A stretch of 55,063 nucleotides of DNA from an uncultured Thiotrichaceae bacterium (GTDB lineage Bacteria > Pseudomonadota > Gammaproteobacteria > SZUA-229). The notes below the pieces were generated by a model. It was not told the DNA's origin, made no database searches, and worked only from the letters and a program-made list of their open reading frames with translations. The position numbers were made by a program, and so were the translations under genes. Shown here piece after piece: positions 1-9,340 of the stretch; the stretch's first letter is position 1, and the number at the start of each line of letters is the position of its first letter. The stretch lies in contig CAZALW010000001.1 in the NCBI GenBank assembly GCA_964485705.1, forward strand, positions 1 through 55,063, given 5' to 3'.

Positions 1-84
1 GCTTTTTTCGCGTCTTTTGCGTTCTTCGCGGACTAATGTTTTTAAGTTTTTCCAACGTCTGCTATGTGTTGAAAGCAGTCATTC
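1..84. repeat. right half of a composite family H + family F element (cut by the window start)
   Basis: Positions 1-38 are the reverse complement of 54920-54957 (37/38). Positions 69-84 match the H-type right terminus (GTTGAAAGCAGTCATTC). Confidence 0.7.
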
Positions 85-109
85 CATGTCTAACTGATGA
101 AATGTAGAC

Positions 110-1231
110 TTATGTAGATTGTGCCACCTTTTCATCTTCATCCACAGCAACAACTCTATTTCGCCCTAAACGTTTTGCCTGATACATTCGATTATCAGCC
201 GTCATCAGAGTCTCCTGGATAGTATTAAACTGCTTAAAGTTTGCTATGCCTATCGACACAGTTGCATGTAATGCAGGAGCAATATCACTGAAATTATAAT
301 CTGCTAAACTTTTTCGAATACGTTCGGTCACTTTTTTTGCATCTTTTATCTCGGTATCAACCAACAGACAAACAAATTCTTCACCACCAAAACGCGCAGC
401 ATAGTCAACTTCACGAATGGTGTTTTTAAGAATTTCTGAAAACTTCTGTAATACAATATCACCAGTGTGATGACCAAAGGTATCATTGATGCGTTTAAAA
501 CGGTCAAGATCAAAAAAACAGAGTGCAAAGTCAGTGTTATTTCTTTCCGATAACGCTTTTTGTTGCTCTAAAATATCCATGAAATGTCGACGATTATATA
601 AACTGGTCAGTTCATCGCTTATTGCCAGTTCTTGATTAATTATTAGTGCTTCCTGCAATTCAATATATTGATTTTTAGTTCGGTCTCTCAGTCGATGAAT
701 AGAATAACCGGTATATAACATCACCATGACTGTGCCGCTAAAAGCCAGTAACTGTAGCAGTTCAAATTTTATGTCTATACGCTGTGGCTGATAAATAAAA
801 AGATATAAAATAATCAGGGTATAACCAAGTACGGCAAACAGAGCAACGGATAAAAGTTCACGAAAGCGTAATATAAAATAACCAAAACTTAACATGCCAA
901 AATACGTTATAAGCATTAATCCACGCCATTCATTTAACAAGTAAACAATGGTTAATAAAAACCATGTCGCCCATAGTAATTGCGGCACAGTGAGACTGGG
1001 TTCATGATACTTTTTATTTAAACCGCTACGAATAATAACTGTAAAACAAAACTCACCTACCCAGAAAAATATAATAATGGATACAAAGTTTGTCTTATCA
1101 ATTGAATATAAGTTGTGCTGATAGAAAAAGACGGAAATGATAGTAAGCCCAAGCAAGGCTAATATGGCCGCCAGATGCCTGAGCATTCGTAATGCCTGTT
1201 TAGGATCTCTACTAAAAAAAAATTGATACAT
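110..1231 (-). CDS. membrane-anchored diguanylate cyclase (GGDEF domain)
   Basis: 373-aa ORF. The N-terminal half is hydrophobic (multiple predicted TM helices). The C-terminal GGDEF domain has a GGEEF active site and an RxxD I-site (REVD) five residues upstream. Confidence 0.85.
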   Translation of the reverse strand: MYQFFFSRDPKQALRMLRHLAAILALLGLTIISVFFYQHNLYSIDKTNFVSIIIFFWVGEFCFTVIIRSGLNKKYHEPSLTVPQLLWATWFLLTIVYLLNEWRGLMLITYFGMLSFGYFILRFRELLSVALFAVLGYTLIILYLFIYQPQRIDIKFELLQLLAFSGTVMVMLYTGYSIHRLRDRTKNQYIELQEALIINQELAISDELTSLYNRRHFMDILEQQKALSERNNTDFALCFFDLDRFKRINDTFGHHTGDIVLQKFSEILKNTIREVDYAARFGGEEFVCLLVDTEIKDAKKVTERIRKSLADYNFSDIAPALHATVSIGIANFKQFNTIQETLMTADNRMYQAKRLGRNRVVAVDEDEKVAQST

Positions 1232-1260
1232 TCCCTATTATTTCCAATTAATTTGGCAGA

Positions 1261-2046
1261 TTAAGATGGTAAATTAAATAAGCGGTAAAAGTTATTTCTT
1301 GATATTTCTGCAATGTGCTCAACACTGGTATTTCTGATTTTCGCCAGTGTTTCTGCAACATATTGCACATAAGCTGGCTGATTTTGTTTACCACGATGGG
1401 GCATTGGTGCTAGATAGGGAGAATCCGTCTCAATTAACAAATGATCATCTGGTATGGTTTTTGCGATACTTCGCAGAACGTCTGCATTTTTAAAAGTGAT
1501 AATACCAGAAAATGAAATCATCAAATCCATTTCCAATACCTGGTTTGCAAACGCCTGTGTTTCCGTAAAGCAATGGATGACTCCTCCGCATAAATCAGCT
1601 TTTTCTTCACTTAAAATAGTCAGAGTATCATCGCCTGCATCGCGAGTATGAACAATAATCGGTTTATTTAGCTTATTGGCCACCTGAATATGAGCACGAA
1701 ATCGCTGCTGCTGTTCTCGCTGCTGATTTAGATCACCTTCATTATAGTAATAATCCAGCCCTGTCTCACCAATTGCAACAACTTTGTCATCGGTTGCCAG
1801 CTCAGTTAAATAATCAACAGAAAATGTTTCACCTTGATCTGCCATGGGATGCATACCAGCAGAAACAGAAATATTCGGATAACCACGAACCTTTTCCAAC
1901 ATTTTCGGGTATTGACCCAGGTTGATGGAGACGCACAACATGTGTTCCACACCAGCATTATGTGCCTGCTGGATCAGTGCATCAAGATTGTTATCAAATT
2001 TGGACAGGTCAATACAGTCGAGGTGACAGTGAGAATCAACTAACAT
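1261..2046 (-). CDS. TatD/YcfH-family metal-dependent hydrolase
   Basis: 261 aa. N-terminal MLVDSHCHLD motif typical of TatD-family DNases. Conserved position downstream of tmk-holB-pilZ. Confidence 0.85.
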   Translation of the reverse strand: MLVDSHCHLDCIDLSKFDNNLDALIQQAHNAGVEHMLCVSINLGQYPKMLEKVRGYPNISVSAGMHPMADQGETFSVDYLTELATDDKVVAIGETGLDYYYNEGDLNQQREQQQRFRAHIQVANKLNKPIIVHTRDAGDDTLTILSEEKADLCGGVIHCFTETQAFANQVLEMDLMISFSGIITFKNADVLRSIAKTIPDDHLLIETDSPYLAPMPHRGKQNQPAYVQYVAETLAKIRNTSVEHIAEISRNNFYRLFNLPS

Positions 2047-2050
2047 CTTT

Positions 2051-2072
2051 AATTAATTACTAATTACTAATT
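2051..2072. repeat. 7-nt periodic array (AATTACT type)
   Basis: AATTAATTACTAATTACTAATT, starting 5 nt upstream of the tatD start codon. The inverted partner is at 2264-2283. Confidence 0.75.
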
Positions 2073-2111
2073 GTTCTTTGGTGTTGTGTGTATATTTATA
2101 CTTTTTGTTTT

Positions 2112-2155
2112 TCCATCCTTTGGTTCGTTAACAGCACTTCCATGTGCTACTGCTC
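2112..2155 (+). repeat. REP-like unit, family A
   Basis: TCCATCCTTTGGTTCGTTAACAGCACTTCCATGTGCTACTGCTC. Confidence 0.75.
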
Positions 2156-2220
2156 ATGTTTTTTGTATAGCTGTTGCAGGTCAGTATGTTGGCAATAAAC
2201 ATGCAGCATCAATGAATAAT

Positions 2221-2264
2221 TCCATCCTTTGGTTCGTGAACGGTGCATCCATGCACCACTACTC
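2221..2264 (+). repeat. REP-like unit, family A
   Basis: TCCATCCTTTGGTTCGTGAACGGTGCATCCATGCACCACTACTC. A direct copy lies 65 bp downstream of the first unit. Confidence 0.75.
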
Positions 2265-2283
2265 GTAATTCGTAATTAAATTA
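2264..2283. repeat. 7-nt periodic array, inverted partner
   Basis: CGTAATTCGTAATTAAATTA. Overlaps the pilZ stop codon. Confidence 0.7.
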
Positions 2284-2631
2284 CATAGTGTGAGTTATAC
2301 GATCTGACTTAAGTGCACCTGCCAGGTGGGTCTCTATTTTACCGCGCGTTGCGCCTTTGTCTTGCCGTGAAAACTGTACACCGATACCTTGTGCACGGTT
2401 CCCCTGCGCGCCTTTTGGTGTCATCCAGATTATTTTACCGGCAACAGGCAAACGTTCAGTATCATCCATTAAGGATAACAGCATAAATACTTCATCACCC
2501 AGACTATAGGTTCTATTGGTGGGAATAAATAAACCACCATTTTGAACAAAGGGCATATATGCAGCGTAAAGTGACGATTTGTCTTTAATGCTGAGTGACA
2601 GCATTCCTGGTCGTGTAGCTGTAGCAGCCAT
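2281..2631 (-). CDS. pilZ: PilZ-domain protein (type IV pilus assembly PilZ-like)
   Basis: 116 aa. Close resemblance to the Pseudomonas PilZ pattern (LSLSIKDK..LYAAYMPF..NGGLFIPT...VAGK..W.TPKGAQGNR..GIGVQF). Sits next to holB as in Pseudomonas. Confidence 0.8.
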   Translation of the reverse strand: MAATATRPGMLSLSIKDKSSLYAAYMPFVQNGGLFIPTNRTYSLGDEVFMLLSLMDDTERLPVAGKIIWMTPKGAQGNRAQGIGVQFSRQDKGATRGKIETHLAGALKSDRITHTM

Positions 2632-2750
2632 ACACTATCACCTCTGTAGTATTATAAGTTATTCTGTAACTACGCCATCCTTTGATTCATAAGCACCATA
2701 TCCACGTGGCACTGCTCAATAAGTCAGGCAAAATCAATATTATCCTCAAC

Positions 2751-3752
2751 TTATTGAGATGTTACTTCATCCCACGATAATAGCAGATTTTCCCATAATA
2801 ACTGTTCGTTTACTGCAATTGCGCTGTGTAATAAATTGAAGTTTAGCTGATCAACAAAACGATATAAGCGTTGTTGATTTACCTTTTTTGCCAATGTCTG
2901 TAATTTAAGACGGTATTGGTCATTTGTGATCTGGGCTTCTGAGCCACATGATTGCAATTTCGCCAGGTCTGCGGCCCAACTCATCATGCCTTCCAGAGTA
3001 CGAGTTTTTGAAAATTTCGCCAGTTTTGTTGCATAATCCAGAGAATTTTTACCTGAATCTAACGCTGTCATTGCCTCAGAAAGAATCTCCTGAAACTCAG
3101 CCTGCTGCAAGTACTCTAAAGCAGCAAGGGGCGAGCCAAAGGCATATTTTAGTGATTGCTGTAACTGGCTATCAGTAAACCCCAATTGTTGATTGCGCTT
3201 TAACCATTGCAGTGACTGACTTTCATCCGGCACATTAAAACGTAGCTGTTGACAACGACTTCGTATGGTTACCGGCAAACGGTGTGTTCGAGCAGTAACC
3301 AGTAGAATAAGTACATTTTCACCTGGTTCTTCCAGTGTCTTTAACAAACTATTTGCCCCTTGCAGAGTTAATTGCTCTGCCTGGTTAAGAATGGCAACAC
3401 GAAAGCCACCGTATTGACTGGTCTGGTTTAATTTTTCACACAAAACGCGAATATCATCAATTCGAATGCTTAGTACAGGATTTTTACTTCTTGATGTCGC
3501 TGGCGCTGTTGGTTTTAAATAATACAGATCAGGATGGGTATTTGCTGCCAACAGCTGGCAGGCCTTGCATAAACCACAGGCCTGATGATCGGATATTGGC
3601 TGCTGACACAAAACTGCATTTGCCATTGCCGTAGCAAAATCAGCCTTACCCAAACCCTGATTACCATACAATAGCATCGCGTGCGGCAGCCGTTCAGTTT
3701 TTAATAACTGTGCTATTTTTTGCCATTGATTTTGTTGCCAGGGATAAATCAT
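2751..3752 (-). CDS. holB: DNA polymerase III subunit delta prime
   Basis: 333 aa. Degenerate P-loop region (GNQGLGK), Cys-rich zinc module (C..C..CxxC), SRC motif (IRSRCQ). tmk-holB synteny. Confidence 0.85.
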   Translation of the reverse strand: MIYPWQQNQWQKIAQLLKTERLPHAMLLYGNQGLGKADFATAMANAVLCQQPISDHQACGLCKACQLLAANTHPDLYYLKPTAPATSRSKNPVLSIRIDDIRVLCEKLNQTSQYGGFRVAILNQAEQLTLQGANSLLKTLEEPGENVLILLVTARTHRLPVTIRSRCQQLRFNVPDESQSLQWLKRNQQLGFTDSQLQQSLKYAFGSPLAALEYLQQAEFQEILSEAMTALDSGKNSLDYATKLAKFSKTRTLEGMMSWAADLAKLQSCGSEAQITNDQYRLKLQTLAKKVNQQRLYRFVDQLNFNLLHSAIAVNEQLLWENLLLSWDEVTSQ

Positions 3753-3763
3753 AAAACAATGAA

Positions 3764-3790
3764 TAATGGTTAATGGTTAATGGTTAATTA
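3764..3790. repeat. 7-nt periodic array (TAATGGT x ~4)
   Basis: TAATGGTTAATGGTTAATGGTTAATTA. Spans the tmk stop and the tmk-holB spacer. Confidence 0.85.
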
Positions 3791-4403
3791 TTTCATATTC
3801 AATCAGCTTTTCACGGATTTGTTTTTGTACTTTTTTTAATTCAAGCGATGCATCAATCAGGCAAATTCGCTGAGGATGAAGATTAGCTAATTCAATATAG
3901 GCTTCACGTACACGCTGAAAAAAATCATCTTTTTCTGTTTCGATGCGATCAGGTTCACTTCGATGTCCGGCACGCGCACGACCTATTTCAACCGGTGCAT
4001 CGAGAATAATGGTTAAATCAGGGCGTAAATCACCCTGCACCCATTGCTCAAGATTACTGATTTTATCCACATCCAGCAACCGGCCACCGCCCTGATAGGC
4101 GTAGCTTGCTTCGGTAAAACGGTCACACATTACTGTTTTATTGTTTTCCAGTGCAGGCAGAATAACTTTTGATAAATGCTCAGCCCGCGCCGCAAACATC
4201 ATCAGCAATTCAGCGTCACTACTCATATTCTCGTCAGAATGGTTCAGTAACAAACCGCGCAACGCCTCACCAAGATTCGTCCCACCTGGCTCCCTGGTCA
4301 GCACACAGTCGTGCCCTGACGATTCAAGCAGTTCTTTTATGAATAGAAGGTTGCTGGTTTTCCCAACCCCTTCAATCCCCTCTAAAGTAATAAATTTACC
4401 CAT
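3777..4403 (-). CDS. tmk: thymidylate kinase
   Basis: P-loop GIEGVGKT directly after the Met at 4403. The 22 extra N-terminal codons in the ORF track (to 4469) only translate the GTGAATA heptamer array, so I trimmed the start. Confidence 0.85.
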   Translation of the reverse strand: MGKFITLEGIEGVGKTSNLLFIKELLESSGHDCVLTREPGGTNLGEALRGLLLNHSDENMSSDAELLMMFAARAEHLSKVILPALENNKTVMCDRFTEASYAYQGGGRLLDVDKISNLEQWVQGDLRPDLTIILDAPVEIGRARAGHRSEPDRIETEKDDFFQRVREAYIELANLHPQRICLIDASLELKKVQKQIREKLIEYEIINH

Positions 4404-4410
4404 AAAAGCA

Positions 4411-4452
4411 GTGAATAGTGAATAGTGAATAGTGAATAGTGAATAGTGAATT
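4411..4452. repeat. 7-nt periodic array (GTGAATA x 6)
   Basis: Six consecutive GTGAATA/GTGAATT units immediately upstream of the tmk start. Confidence 0.9.
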
Positions 4453-4494
4453 ATAAAACATACATTCATCCATGCAATGTATTTTTTATGTTTT

Positions 4495-4517
4495 GGTTTT
4501 TGATTTTTGATTTTTAA
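4495..4517. repeat. 7-nt periodic array (GATTTTT type)
   Basis: GGTTTTTGATTTTTGATTTTTAA, next to the mltG stop. Confidence 0.75.
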
Positions 4518-4521
4518 CTAT

Positions 4522-5571
4522 TCACTGCTTTTTCCGCTGATATTTATCAACCGCTTTATTATGGTCTTTTAAATTAGTAGAAAACACATGCCGTCCACTG
4601 CCGTCGCTGTAAGAAACAAAATACAGGTACTTTGTTTTTTCCGGATTTAAGGTTGCATGTATGGCCTCTCTACCGGGTAATGCTATAGGCGTTGGTGGTA
4701 AGCCATGGCGTGTGTAAGTATTATACGGGGTATCTTTTCGTAAATCCCTGAAACGAATATTGCCATCATAGTTTTCAATGCCATAAATGACTGTCGGATC
4801 GGTTTGCAGGCGCATCTTTTTTCGTAAGCGGTTGACAAACACACCCGCAATGATAGTTCGTTCCTCTGCAACGGCACTTTCTTTTTCTACAATAGATGCC
4901 ATTGTTAATGCTTCATAAGGTGATTTATAGGGCAGACCTTTCTCTCTGCGTGCCCATTCCTGTCCAAGAATTTTTTCCATTACATTGTAAGCACGTTTAA
5001 GCAGCTCAATATCACTGGTGCCACGAGAAATATGATAAGTATCAGGGTAAAAGCGGCCTTCAGGGTGTTTGCCTTTATGTCCCAGTCTTTCCATAATCTC
5101 TTCATCAGAAAGATTTTTTAATTCTATTGTAAGTGCTGGATGTTGCTGAATTGTTTCCAGTATCTGTCTAAAGGTGAAGCCTTCTATGAAGGTAATGCTA
5201 TGTTGTATCACATTACCATCGACCATATTATCGAGTAGTCCGGCAAGCGTTAGTCCGGGTGTTAGCAGGTACTCGCCTGCCTGCAGTTTGGTCGCTTGAC
5301 TGTTCAATTTACCCCAAATAAGAAAATGATTTTTATGTTCAAGTAAATTTTTTTCAACAAGCTGATTTGCCAGAGTACGGATACTTGAACCACGGGGAAA
5401 AACTATTGTTTCTGGCTCGGCTAAAGACATTTCTGCGTGCATTTCTGCCTGGATTTTTAGCGAATAATAAAAAACAATGACTAATACAATACTGGAAATT
5501 GTAAATAGTGTGGCCAGCCCCTTGCCCAGGTTTTTACTCATGTTTTTACTAAAGGGCTTGAGCATAGGCAT
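4522..5571 (-). CDS. mltG: endolytic murein transglycosylase MltG (YceG-like)
   Basis: 349 aa with a single N-terminal TM helix and the YceG-like domain pattern. Conserved tmk-mltG-pabC synteny. The start may be the internal Met at 5541, which would remove the overlap with pabC. Confidence 0.75.
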   Translation of the reverse strand: MPMLKPFSKNMSKNLGKGLATLFTISSIVLVIVFYYSLKIQAEMHAEMSLAEPETIVFPRGSSIRTLANQLVEKNLLEHKNHFLIWGKLNSQATKLQAGEYLLTPGLTLAGLLDNMVDGNVIQHSITFIEGFTFRQILETIQQHPALTIELKNLSDEEIMERLGHKGKHPEGRFYPDTYHISRGTSDIELLKRAYNVMEKILGQEWARREKGLPYKSPYEALTMASIVEKESAVAEERTIIAGVFVNRLRKKMRLQTDPTVIYGIENYDGNIRFRDLRKDTPYNTYTRHGLPPTPIALPGREAIHATLNPEKTKYLYFVSYSDGSGRHVFSTNLKDHNKAVDKYQRKKQ

Positions 5572-6520
5572 CTCTGGTATTTAATAGCAGTTTAAAAATT
5601 CGGTTTAAAAGTGAATTATCATGATATTGTATCATTGCAATTTTGTTTATAGATTTCATACCAATCAGACTGTTAGAAATAAAGATTGCGTCCATAGCCA
5701 GTAATTCATCCATATTTATGTTGACTATAGATAGTTGAATTTTATTTTTTTCTAGTAGATTAATAATGACATCTCGCATAACTCCGTTTACGCCTGACTG
5801 ACTAAGCTCAGGTGTAAATAACTGATTGTCTTTAATAGCAAATAAATTACTCATGCTGCCTTCAATAACATGTTGATTGGCATTTAGCATCAAACCATCA
5901 GCAATCTTATTGTTTTTATCACTACCAGCAGCACTCCATTCATTTCTTGCCATTACATTTTCTAGCCGGTTCAAATGTTTTAACCCTGCCAGACTTTCAT
6001 TGATGGAGACCTGTTGTTTACAAACAAACAACTCTCCTGTTGATAACTTCCCGGTTAACAACGACGAATAATTGAAGTCTAGCGTTGATAATATAACAAG
6101 ACGATTACTCGTTATGTTTTTTGTAAATATCCCTGGTTTACTTGATATGTTTTTTGCAAAAACCCGTGTAGTATTCGTTATGTTTTTTTCAAAAACATAA
6201 CCCCGTTCACTGCTACCGCGTGTAAGAATAATTTTTAATACAAATGTTTCATTATTGTTCTGTTTATTTTTGCTTAATAAACAACGGATATCATCCAGAA
6301 AAGTTTGTTCGTCTGCACAGGCTATTTGCAGTTTTTTTGCTGATGTTAAAAGACGCTGGTAGTGCTGATGCCAGTAAAATAATATATTATTATGACATAA
6401 TATAGTTTCAAAAATCCCATCACCATAGTGAATAGCGCGATCACTTATCGTTAAATAATCAGTAGCCACACCATTAATAAGACAGTTCACCTGTACCTTG
6501 TTCGTTTGTGAGCCGTTCAT
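5549..6520 (-). CDS. pabC: aminodeoxychorismate lyase (class IV aminotransferase fold), with a 3 x 11-aa tandem insertion
   Basis: 323 aa. N-terminal YGDGIFET motif. Overlaps pabB by 4 nt and follows the pabC-mltG synteny. Carries an in-frame 3 x 33-bp repeat at 6109-6207. Confidence 0.7.
   Translation of the reverse strand: MNGSQTNKVQVNCLINGVATDYLTISDRAIHYGDGIFETILCHNNILFYWHQHYQRLLTSAKKLQIACADEQTFLDDIRCLLSKNKQNNNETFVLKIILTRGSSERGYVFEKNITNTTRVFAKNISSKPGIFTKNITSNRLVILSTLDFNYSSLLTGKLSTGELFVCKQQVSINESLAGLKHLNRLENVMARNEWSAAGSDKNNKIADGLMLNANQHVIEGSMSNLFAIKDNQLFTPELSQSGVNGVMRDVIINLLEKNKIQLSIVNINMDELLAMDAIFISNSLIGMKSINKIAMIQYHDNSLLNRIFKLLLNTRDAYAQAL
6109..6207 (-). repeat. in-frame 3 x 33-bp tandem repeat inside pabC
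   Basis: Units at 6109-6141, 6142-6174 and 6175-6207. They encode VFEKNITNTTR / VFAKNISSKPG / IFTKNITSNRL. Confidence 0.85.
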
Positions 6521-7962
6521 TGGTCGTGGTTCAGTGTAAATATCTTCAACAAGCCTTTTGCTTTTGCTCTGGTCTCGATCAGTTCTTCTGTGGCGACAGA
6601 ATCATTAACGATGCCACCACCGGCACGGAATGTTATTTTATTTCCTTCGCGTACCATTGTCCTGATAAGAATATTAAAATCCATACTGCCATCATTATTG
6701 ATATAGCCTAAAGAACCGGTATAAGCCCCCCTTGCCTGTTGCTCCAGTTCAGCCAGTATTTCGATGCAACGTACTTTAGGACAACCGGTTATGGTGCCAC
6801 CGGGAAAAACAGCGCGTAAAACATCAATCGGAGACTTATTGCTTGCTAACTCACCACGCACATTGGATACAATATGATGCACATGCTGCCAGCTTTCCAG
6901 CGCCATTAATTCATTGACGACTATCGTGCCTGGTCGGCAAACACGACCAAGGTCATTACGTTCAAGGTCAATCAACATGATATGTTCGGCCTGTTCTTTC
7001 GGATGCGATAACAATTCTTCTGCCAGCGCTTTATCATTTTGTTGATTATTGTCTCGTGGTCGCGTTCCGGCTATGGGCCTGGTTTCAACGATAGCATCCT
7101 TTATTGAGACCAGACGTTCGGGGGATGAGCTGATTATACTCATATTTTGTAAACACGCCAAAGCGGCAAAGGAGGATGGATTTTGTTTTGATAAGGCACG
7201 AAATAAATCCGCATCACTCACGTCCGATTTCAAGTTTGCCTGCCATTTTCTGGACAAATTTGCCTGAAAAACATCCCCTTCAACAATGTATTGTTTTATT
7301 TTTTCTACCTGATTTAAATAATTAGAGGAGTCCTCTTCGATTAAAGATTTGAGTTCTATTTTTTCATGTTTTATTTTTTTATGGGTTTTATCGCTACTGA
7401 TATTTGACGATTTCCCATATAAACGAATGATGTTTTTATAATCCTGCTCTATTTCATCAAGTAAATGGAGATGTTGCGTTTCTGCCATTGCTAAATACTG
7501 ATTATTTTTTTTATCAAAAATAATCGCTGCCGGACAACGAGCGGCAACTGCCAGAGCTTGCGTAGCAGGTAAACATGGCAAAGATAAACAGGGTTCAACC
7601 TCTTCTGCCATTTCATATGATAAATAAACAAACCAGCCACCAGTAAAAGGCAGGCTATCACTCTCATTGAGCTTGGCTGAAATGCCTACTTTGTTTTTTT
7701 GGTAATAATCTTCCAGAGTCTCAAAAAAACCTGTTGCAACCGACAGCTCATCATTTGTGCAGCTAAGTGTTTTATCAGAATGCAGTGTAAGAAAATATTG
7801 AGGACAGGCAATTAAGATGTCGTATTGTGTATTATTTTTCCTGCTGGCACTACTGAGTAATAAATAAGGATAACGCTGGCGATTGTACCGATTAAATAAA
7901 CTTAAATCTAGAGTTGGGGTATTAACATCGCTCGATGATAATAGACGCCTTTGAAATGACAC
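6517..7962 (-). CDS. pabB: aminodeoxychorismate synthase component I
   Basis: 481 aa. C-terminal chorismate-binding domain (FPGGTITGCPK, GAYTGSLGY). Translationally coupled to pabC. Confidence 0.8.
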   Translation of the reverse strand: MSFQRRLLSSSDVNTPTLDLSLFNRYNRQRYPYLLLSSASRKNNTQYDILIACPQYFLTLHSDKTLSCTNDELSVATGFFETLEDYYQKNKVGISAKLNESDSLPFTGGWFVYLSYEMAEEVEPCLSLPCLPATQALAVAARCPAAIIFDKKNNQYLAMAETQHLHLLDEIEQDYKNIIRLYGKSSNISSDKTHKKIKHEKIELKSLIEEDSSNYLNQVEKIKQYIVEGDVFQANLSRKWQANLKSDVSDADLFRALSKQNPSSFAALACLQNMSIISSSPERLVSIKDAIVETRPIAGTRPRDNNQQNDKALAEELLSHPKEQAEHIMLIDLERNDLGRVCRPGTIVVNELMALESWQHVHHIVSNVRGELASNKSPIDVLRAVFPGGTITGCPKVRCIEILAELEQQARGAYTGSLGYINNDGSMDFNILIRTMVREGNKITFRAGGGIVNDSVATEELIETRAKAKGLLKIFTLNHDQ

Positions 7963-7988
7963 GGACGACCCCGGATAAGGTCTTTTTT

Positions 7989-8046
7989 AACCACGAAACA
8001 CACGAAACACACTAAAAGTTTCGTGTATTTCGTGTATTTCGTGGTT
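7989..8046. repeat. hairpin repeat whose arms are short tandem repeats (family F type)
   Basis: AACCACGAAACACACGAAACACAC ... GTTTCGTGTATTTCGTGTATTTCGTGGTT. Lies in the pabB-fabF spacer. Confidence 0.75.
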
Positions 8047-8065
8047 CATGTTGTTGTTCAAATAG

Positions 8066-9319
8066 TTAATCCAGCTTTTTAAAGATCAGCGTGCCGTTAG
8101 TGCCACCAAAACCAAATGAATTAGACAATGCATAATCAATTTTCATTTCGCGTGCGGTATTTGGCACATAATCCAGGTCGCAACCTTCACCTGGATTATC
8201 TAAATTAATAGTCGGTGGGGCAACCTGATCCTTAATCGACATAACTGAAAACACCGCTTCGATACCGCCAGCTGCACCTAATAAATGCCCGGTCATTGAT
8301 TTTGTTGAACTGATAGCCACTTTAGTTGCATGATTACCCAGTGCATATTTAACAGCCGTGGTTTCTGCAACATCACCCGCTGGTGTTGAGGTGCCGTGTG
8401 CATTAACGTAGCTAATATCATCAGCATTTATTGCTGCATCCTTTAATGCCAGCTGCATACACTTACCTGCACCACTACCGTCTTGCAGCGGTAAGGTCAT
8501 ATGATAAGCATCACTGTTATAACCAAAACCTGCTACTTCTGCGTATATTGTAGCTCCTCGTGCTTTGGCGTGTTCGTACTCTTCTAATACCAACACACCG
8601 GCACCGTCACCCAGTACAAAACCATCACGATCTTTATCCCAGGGACGACTTGCCGCTTCAGGGTCATCATTACGAGTTGATAATGCTCTGGCTGCAGCAA
8701 AACCGCCTATGCCTAATGGTGATGAAGACATTTCAGCACCACCGGCAAACATCACATCAGCATCACCGTAGGCGATAATTCTGGCTGATTCACCAATACT
8801 GTGTGTGCCAGTAGAACAGGCTGTGACAATTGAAATGTTGGGGCCTTTTACGCCATAGCGAATGGAGAAGTTACCGGAAATCATGTTAATGATTGAACCA
8901 GGAACAAAAAACGGAGAAATTCTGCGTGGTCCACCATTGATGAGTTTGGCATTATTCACTTCAATCATTGGCAAGCCACCAATGCCTGAGCCTATGGCAA
9001 CACCAATTCTTTCAGCATTTGCTTCCGTAATTTCCAGCCCAGAGTCCTTTAAAGCTTCATCAGCTGCAATAAGCCCATAATGGATAAAGGTATCCATCTT
9101 TTTTAGATCTTTTGCAGGAATAACCGTCGTTGCATCAAAACCTTTTACGGTCGCTGCAATTTTGCATGAAAAGTCAGATGTATCAAAAGTATCAATCGAG
9201 ACAACACCGCTTTTACCCGCTTTGATGTTTGACCATGATTCTTTTAGATTAAGGCCAACCGGTGAGACAATACCTAGACCTGTGACAACAACTCGACGAC
9301 CCGGGGGGCAATTTGACAT
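8066..9319 (-). CDS. fabF: 3-oxoacyl-ACP synthase II
   Basis: KAS II motifs (active-site Cys in [20 protein letters not shown]). ATG at 9319 is preceded by AAGAGG. The ORF-track GTG start at 9349 lies inside a REP element. Confidence 0.9.
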   Translation of the reverse strand: MSNCPPGRRVVVTGLGIVSPVGLNLKESWSNIKAGKSGVVSIDTFDTSDFSCKIAATVKGFDATTVIPAKDLKKMDTFIHYGLIAADEALKDSGLEITEANAERIGVAIGSGIGGLPMIEVNNAKLINGGPRRISPFFVPGSIINMISGNFSIRYGVKGPNISIVTACSTGTHSIGESARIIAYGDADVMFAGGAEMSSSPLGIGGFAAARALSTRNDDPEAASRPWDKDRDGFVLGDGAGVLVLEEYEHAKARGATIYAEVAGFGYNSDAYHMTLPLQDGSGAGKCMQLALKDAAINADDISYVNAHGTSTPAGDVAETTAVKYALGNHATKVAISSTKSMTGHLLGAAGGIEAVFSVMSIKDQVAPPTINLDNPGEGCDLDYVPNTAREMKIDYALSNSFGFGGTNGTLIFKKLD

Positions 9320-9340
9320 AGTAGCCTCTTTAACTATTAG

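Noticed and set aside
2071-2268. 65-aa ORF between tatD and pilZ.
   Set aside because: It consists of two family A REP units and their spacer.
4411-4452. Possibility that the regular short repeat arrays are CRISPR arrays.
   Set aside because: The units are 7 nt with no spacers. No 25-40-bp repeat/spacer periodicity occurs anywhere in the window, and no cas genes are present.
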